64,000 bases of DNA from an uncultured virus (IMG/VR IMGVR_UViG_3300045240_000158) (Duplodnaviria; Heunggongvirae; Uroviricota; Caudoviricetes), in the IMG/VR virus record IMGVR_UViG_3300045240_000158. The stretch is one strand, 5' to 3'. Positions 62,821 through 64,000 of this stretch are shown one piece after another. Each line of letters begins with the position of its first letter. Positions within the stretch are counted from its first letter, which is position 1. The position numbers were made by a program, and so were the translations under genes. Under the pieces are notes generated by a model, which worked only from the letters and a program-made list of their open reading frames with translations, made no database searches and was not told where the DNA came from.

Positions 62821-63347
62821 TGGACGAAGATCTGCTCAACCGCGCGCTGCCGAAGTGGCCTCAGATGATCGTCACCGGGTCGCGCCTTCGCGAAGATCTC
62901 GCGCTGGAGGTCATCCGGCGTACCGATTCGTGGTTCGTGTCTGGATCCGGCTGCAATGATCACGACGGTGATCGCCGCCTCGCGCGGCGCTTCCGCATGC
63001 CGCACTACCACGATCGCAGCTGGCGCGCCCCCGACGGCTACGACTGGCGGGCGCACTACGATCGCGAGCAGCGCTGGAAGGAGGCGTGGGGTGCGGTCGA
63101 GACCCAGTACGTGCACAACCACTGGATCGGATCGTCCTTCATCCACGGTCCGCACGGCTGGTGTCACCCCGATGGTCAGATCTACTACATCGACAACGTC
63201 GGCAAGTGGCCCTCCATCGAGGACATCCTCGCCGACTGGCGAACGCCTCGCGCCAGTATCATCGTTTCGATACGGGTAGCTTCTTACCCAGGGCTTTGTA
63301 ATCGCGGACTTGACGCCCGCGAGGCCTGGTGCGCTACTCGCATCTAA
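62817..63347 (+). CDS. Phage protein, possibly C-terminally truncated
   Basis: PKWPQMIVTG..GPHGWCHPDG..NVGKWPS; tail runs through a regulatory box. Confidence 0.6.
   Translation: MMDEDLLNRALPKWPQMIVTGSRLREDLALEVIRRTDSWFVSGSGCNDHDGDRRLARRFRMPHYHDRSWRAPDGYDWRAHYDREQRWKEAWGAVETQYVHNHWIGSSFIHGPHGWCHPDGQIYYIDNVGKWPSIEDILADWRTPRASIIVSIRVASYPGLCNRGLDAREAWCATRI
63274..63289. promoter_or_regulatory. GGGTA-N6-TACCC box
   Basis: GATAC-GGGTA-GCTTCT-TACCC-AG upstream of the 63356 start. Confidence 0.6.
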
Positions 63348-63355
63348 GAGCCCTC

Positions 63356-63751
63356 ATGACGACGAGCACCGAGCGCCGCGACTTCACCCACGGTTTCGAC
63401 AAGCTTTTCACAGTGACGCTGTGGGGGTCCAACCCCGACGAGACCGACAACGACGATTGCTGGACCGGTGACGACTACGCGACGCGCGAGGAGGCGATCG
63501 CCGCCTACCGCGAGGTCGTGATGTTCCCCGATCACAGCCAGATCGCGAAAGTGTGCGGTCGCGGCGGCTGGGAGTACGTCATGATCGACGGCCCCGAGAC
63601 GCACGAGGTCACGCAGAACCCCGATCGTCCGTCGTGCGATCGTCACCGCCGCGAGCTGGCGCGTAGCGATCGCGAGTGGCAGCGCGAGCGCGCGATGGAG
63701 GCCGGCATGCTCCACGGCGTCGAGGCGTACAACGACGAGATGGCACAATGA
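63356..63751 (+). CDS. Hypothetical protein
   Basis: Acidic ORF, ATGA overlap with the next gene. Confidence 0.7.
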   Translation: MTTSTERRDFTHGFDKLFTVTLWGSNPDETDNDDCWTGDDYATREEAIAAYREVVMFPDHSQIAKVCGRGGWEYVMIDGPETHEVTQNPDRPSCDRHRRELARSDREWQRERAMEAGMLHGVEAYNDEMAQ

Positions 63752-64000
63752 TCAAGACACCGGCTGCTCAGCTGGATCGTGAAATTGCCGAAGCGTTGAG
63801 CGGCTCAGGATCCGCGACGTTCACGGTTGCCGATCGATTCATGCGTGCCATCAACCGCAGCAACCTATCGGATTCACGCATCGCGCACACCCAACGGGCA
63901 CTCGACGTGATCCTGCATGGGAAGCTCGACGGCATGATCTACGGCCCGGAGTACAAGGACGCGAAGGACACCCTGAGTCGCCGATTCGACGACGCGTACA
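63748..64000 (+). CDS. Hypothetical protein with N-terminal tag (3' truncated by window edge)
   Basis: MIKTPAAQLDREIAEALSGSG. Confidence 0.7.
   Translation, partial: MIKTPAAQLDREIAEALSGSGSATFTVADRFMRAINRSNLSDSRIAHTQRALDVILHGKLDGMIYGPEYKDAKDTLSRRFDDAY

Overview
High-GC 64-kb segment that reads as part of a large bacteriophage or provirus genome. Myxococcota is the likely host, inferred from the Fis-type HTH, the nucleoid-like protein and the Ubl family. It is densely packed with short overlapping (ATGA/GTGA) ORFs, and no terminase, polymerase or obvious HK97 capsid gene was recognised. Left to right: a partial HNH nuclease; a JAB-Ubl-ThiF/E1 ubiquitin-like operon split by a free-standing LAGLIDADG endonuclease; a promoter-driven trio of unusual tRNA-like RNAs; cold-shock and methyltransferase genes; four short-variable-arm tRNA-Leu genes; a cluster of collagen, Gly-rich and beta-helix fibre/spike genes; a long minus-strand run of small accessory genes (SLOG, radical SAM, RNA ligase, ART-like, ABC/AAA ATPase, alphaCTD fusion, ParB-like); a serine-recombinase cassette; then mostly plus-strand genes (HAD, vWA, Fis-HTH) with a minus-strand kinase-like gene. 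Four signals stand out: (1) a portable peptide K(S/T)xAQLD(R/A)EIAEAL on at least 9 unrelated proteins; (2) three tRNA mimics carrying the same two-internal-loop RNA module in three topologies, one circularly permuted; (3) the virus-encoded Ubl operon; (4) about 15 GGGTA-N6-TACCC boxes at gene boundaries, four of them paired 53-54 bp apart. All family calls come from reading motifs by eye; no searches were run.
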